Positions 42,101 through 43,160 of a stretch of 43,160 nucleotides of DNA are shown here, piece after piece. The notes under the pieces were generated by a model. The model worked only from the letters and a program-made list of their open reading frames with translations. It was not told where the DNA came from and made no database searches. Source of the stretch: Acidimicrobiales bacterium (GTDB lineage: Bacteria; Actinomycetota; Acidimicrobiia; Acidimicrobiales; VFJN01); assembly GCA_035707385.1 (NCBI GenBank), contig DASSUD010000440.1:1-43160 (forward strand), given 5' to 3'. The translations under genes were made by a program, and so were the position numbers. Within the stretch, counting starts at the first letter, position 1, and every line of letters begins with the position of its first letter.

Positions 42101-42770
42101 GGACCACCGAGGCGTGCTGGTCCACACGGCGACGACGGCGCCGCCCCGCACGTCTGCGGTGGGCACGCACACGCTGTCCGCCAACGCAGGCGCGCAGGTC
42201 CTGGCACCGGTCGGGATCGAGGCATTGGACGAAACGGCGCTCACCAGCCCGCCCGCGGCGGCGTCGGGGTCGGTGGTGCTGGAGCGGGGGGTGCGGTCGA
42301 ACGGCCGGTCTCCGTTAGCGCTCTGGTTCACGCGCCTCGTCGCCGGCGACGCGGTTACCGTCGCCATCCGCATCGCCGACCCGTTCGGGCGTGTGTCCGA
42401 GCACACGATCACGGTGCCCGGTTGGGTGCCGCCCCCGCCGGTGAACATCCGAATCACCGACGTGTTCGCCGTCGCCGGCCGGGGCGTCGGCATGACGTTC
42501 GAGACGGACGCCTCGGACGAGATGGTGCTGGAGGTCAACGCCGCGCAGCGCTTGGCGCAACCCTTCCCGCCGCCCCGCCGCCTGTCCGTGCGGGGCCTCG
42601 TCGGCGACGTCCCGAACCGCCCGCCGCTTTTCCCCGGCCGCCCGGGCATCCAGGTCGCCCGGTCAGGTGGCGAGTACTCGGCCTTCGTCCCGCTCACCTC
42701 ACCGGTCGCGATCGAGGTCGCCATCGAAGCCCCCGACGGCTCCCGCGTCACCGACACCGCCTCGGGCTGA
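39186..42770 (+). CDS. giant hypothetical protein (1194 aa), tightly coupled to the 2227-aa gene
   Basis: The GTG lies 2 nt after the upstream TAG. Continuous high-GC3 ORF. Several beta-sandwich-like segments (HVRVHWSLPSGDVRTCIVWEASE; GTVTIQLRSTGAIPVDRVRLYRTRSEG). No catalytic motif recognised. Confidence 0.8.
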   Translation: MARTADSWRFRARAERLSWTTKAREQLALITAVGADAGFWAEHLKRLSGRFDEDIRLMWTCSPELGVPRGPFTVWSRKPSDALEEVDVTILGGASPVLWWGGVEAACVEVTCEPLSGNRPVGLLLFRNGGEPRHVVSAGAVDPGGANVVTIRVRTPGATFARLVDGFNPSVLIDPLRTVVNDDSWQPIEVVGLPVDQPWNGTIYDSSPQGLVGAEVAPHDAAVDRLRRGGPRVGWWPITETARTAPWWEAPDSGRLVKEVRDQLLSEILPLYDGVAGEQEQAALTDLRTVDGPSQGGNTSTLATTADVGPWAKLVLPALSDPFLNLACGFGTAYPVEGRDTPPVAGHDFLVTATYSQVPFPMDSEEVAAYAPAAALHLAVPDPAGLAAERRGLVAPPVPDATWRESIRLRWQRVEPTASMPPITEAALAIYETWGGGDASSLLPERDAGGPRPFLIGAEAPEGQPGNDRIALVHGEAEIPNGSGGRDVGYAVAVSDVFGIWSRWQDVRWRGDEPLPLPPRIVAVSLSTTYAGSTACPATLATEIAVEWQERTPTYVDVVALFFPMATATTAPPAGLSPDLSLPAGCFRRDLALGFVGDSPIPSGCTVTPLNPAGDAAMAPGPGQGNGGRRYRLRANVPTLDYASVGRWGVQLFTRRELVVGPTLTAWGPPATHPALASAASPVPVLPLPPPAPPGVPLGSTLDADGRSHVRVHWSLPSGDVRTCIVWEASETALRQRVGLPPRAPDTDPPGVRLAELWNRYDAMTPTARRATFRRLAELPRTARQHDVALPKGSTDIHLFVVTTMTGSGVESPWPGGATPHEHLQAVIAPRLLQPGPPTVAPDFDEAGTVTIQLRSTGAIPVDRVRLYRTRSEGAARKVETMGPAFADVGAVVVSGLTDPVLRTPVYEAVWTGLVPGHWDPWLIRAVAVPPHTLPVQGVRGLPSPASDVVSLLVPPAHPPTLEPLLAEVWGADHRGVLVHTATTAPPRTSAVGTHTLSANAGAQVLAPVGIEALDETALTSPPAAASGSVVLERGVRSNGRSPLALWFTRLVAGDAVTVAIRIADPFGRVSEHTITVPGWVPPPPVNIRITDVFAVAGRGVGMTFETDASDEMVLEVNAAQRLAQPFPPPRRLSVRGLVGDVPNRPPLFPGRPGIQVARSGGEYSAFVPLTSPVAIEVAIEAPDGSRVTDTASG

Positions 42771-42841
42771 GCCCTGATCGATCGGTGCCCCAGCGCCCTG
42801 GCGCTCGACGAGCACCCGTGACCCTGACATGCCAACATCCT

Positions 42842-42882
42842 GCCAACGGTGATCCGGTCAACATGGGCATCAGGGCGTGCCA
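42842..42882 (+). repeat. island-end conserved block, copy B
   Basis: gccaacggtgatccggtcaacatgggcatcagggcgtgcca; see 31500-31539. It is surrounded by further GYCAAC (42831, 42857, 42913) and GGTGATC (42848, 42893) reiterations. Confidence 0.5.
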
Positions 42883-42923
42883 CGTGGCGCGCGGTGATCG
42901 ACAAATGCCGTGGTCAACCGCCA

Positions 42924-42965
42924 CTTACAAGGCAGATGTCGGGGGTTCGACTCCCTCCGCGCCCA
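42924..42965 (+). repeat. copy 3 of the tRNA-Val 3'-half repeat (exact, distal att-like site)
   Basis: 42/42 identity to 11843-11884. It starts in the anticodon loop and ends at the discriminator base. The upstream sequence is unrelated to the tRNA 5' half. Confidence 0.85.
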
Positions 42966-43091
42966 ACCAGGTCAGAGGCGCCTTCGGGCCGGAAGCTTCA
43001 ACCCCAGAGCCGAATTAGGCAGCACGCAGGCCTTTCGGCTCGACTCGGGGCCATTGACCTCTAGGCGACTTGAGGTTCTAGTTTGCGCGTC

Positions 43092-43160
43092 ATGGACGAT
43101 GTCGATGAGGCCACCATCGGTTCTTCCGAGGAGTTGCGCCGGGTCGGACAGCTCGTGGGG
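43092..43160 (+). CDS. 5' end of an unidentified ORF running off the window
   Basis: ATG at 43092, reading MDDVDEATIGSSEELRRVGQLVG...; only 23 codons are visible, preceded by a lower-GC stretch. Confidence 0.2.
   Translation, partial: MDDVDEATIGSSEELRRVGQLVG

Larger units (their letters stand above)
31638..42965. mobile_element. putative degenerate tRNA-Val-associated genomic island B (no integrase seen)
   Basis: Bounded by repeat copies 2 and 3. Carries only small ORF remnants plus two giant genes. Confidence 0.5.

Noticed and set aside
32410-42904. Numerous 100-640-aa ORFs antisense or out of frame within the two giant genes (e.g. 32410-34182, 34408-36342, 37375-38664, 39594-40607, 41786-42904)
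   Set aside because: All have Arg/Gly/Pro/His-rich shadow composition. The two plus-strand giant ORFs have consistent codon bias and protein-like sequence throughout.

Overview
Very GC-rich (about 70% by eye) actinobacterial-type chromosomal segment with many spurious antisense shadow ORFs. Positions 1-11.8 kb look like ordinary core genome: xylA/xylB, a P450, an ECF sigma/anti-sigma pair, a CXXCH lipoprotein, a CGNR zinc-finger protein, RidA, IMPase, Nudix, an epimerase, a sigma-70 factor and DUF523. This stretch also holds a deletion scar at 3127-4151 made of two 5'-truncated, frameshifted pseudogenes. A tRNA-Val(TAC) gene sits at 11811-11884. Its 3' 42 nt recur at 31596-31637 (2 mismatches) and exactly at 42924-42965, which delimits two tandem, apparently integrase-less islands. 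Island A (about 19.7 kb) is a dense metabolic island with four parts. (1) A Co-type nitrile hydratase operon. (2) A CoADR-like flavoprotein, a small ORF and a DsrE-like protein. (3) A six-gene translationally coupled operon: ComA-like phosphosulfolactate synthase, an orphan gene, a PurB-like lyase, a DcyD-like PLP enzyme, an ArgH-like lyase and DUF1116. (4) The signature genes of the Nit1C / MSMEG_0565-0572 cluster (AIR-synthase-related, GNAT, radical SAM, GT4), without a nitrilase and joined to carbamate kinase and FdrA. The ComA + two aspartase/fumarase-superfamily enzymes + PLP set matches the enzyme families of the bacterial coenzyme M route, here in an unexpected context. Island B (about 11.3 kb) consists almost entirely of two adjacent giant genes (2227 aa and 1194 aa). 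I could see no recognisable catalytic, ATPase or secretion motifs in them, only a degenerate OmpA-like segment. These two islands are the candidates for undescribed biology. All functional calls rest on motif recognition by eye; no searches were run.
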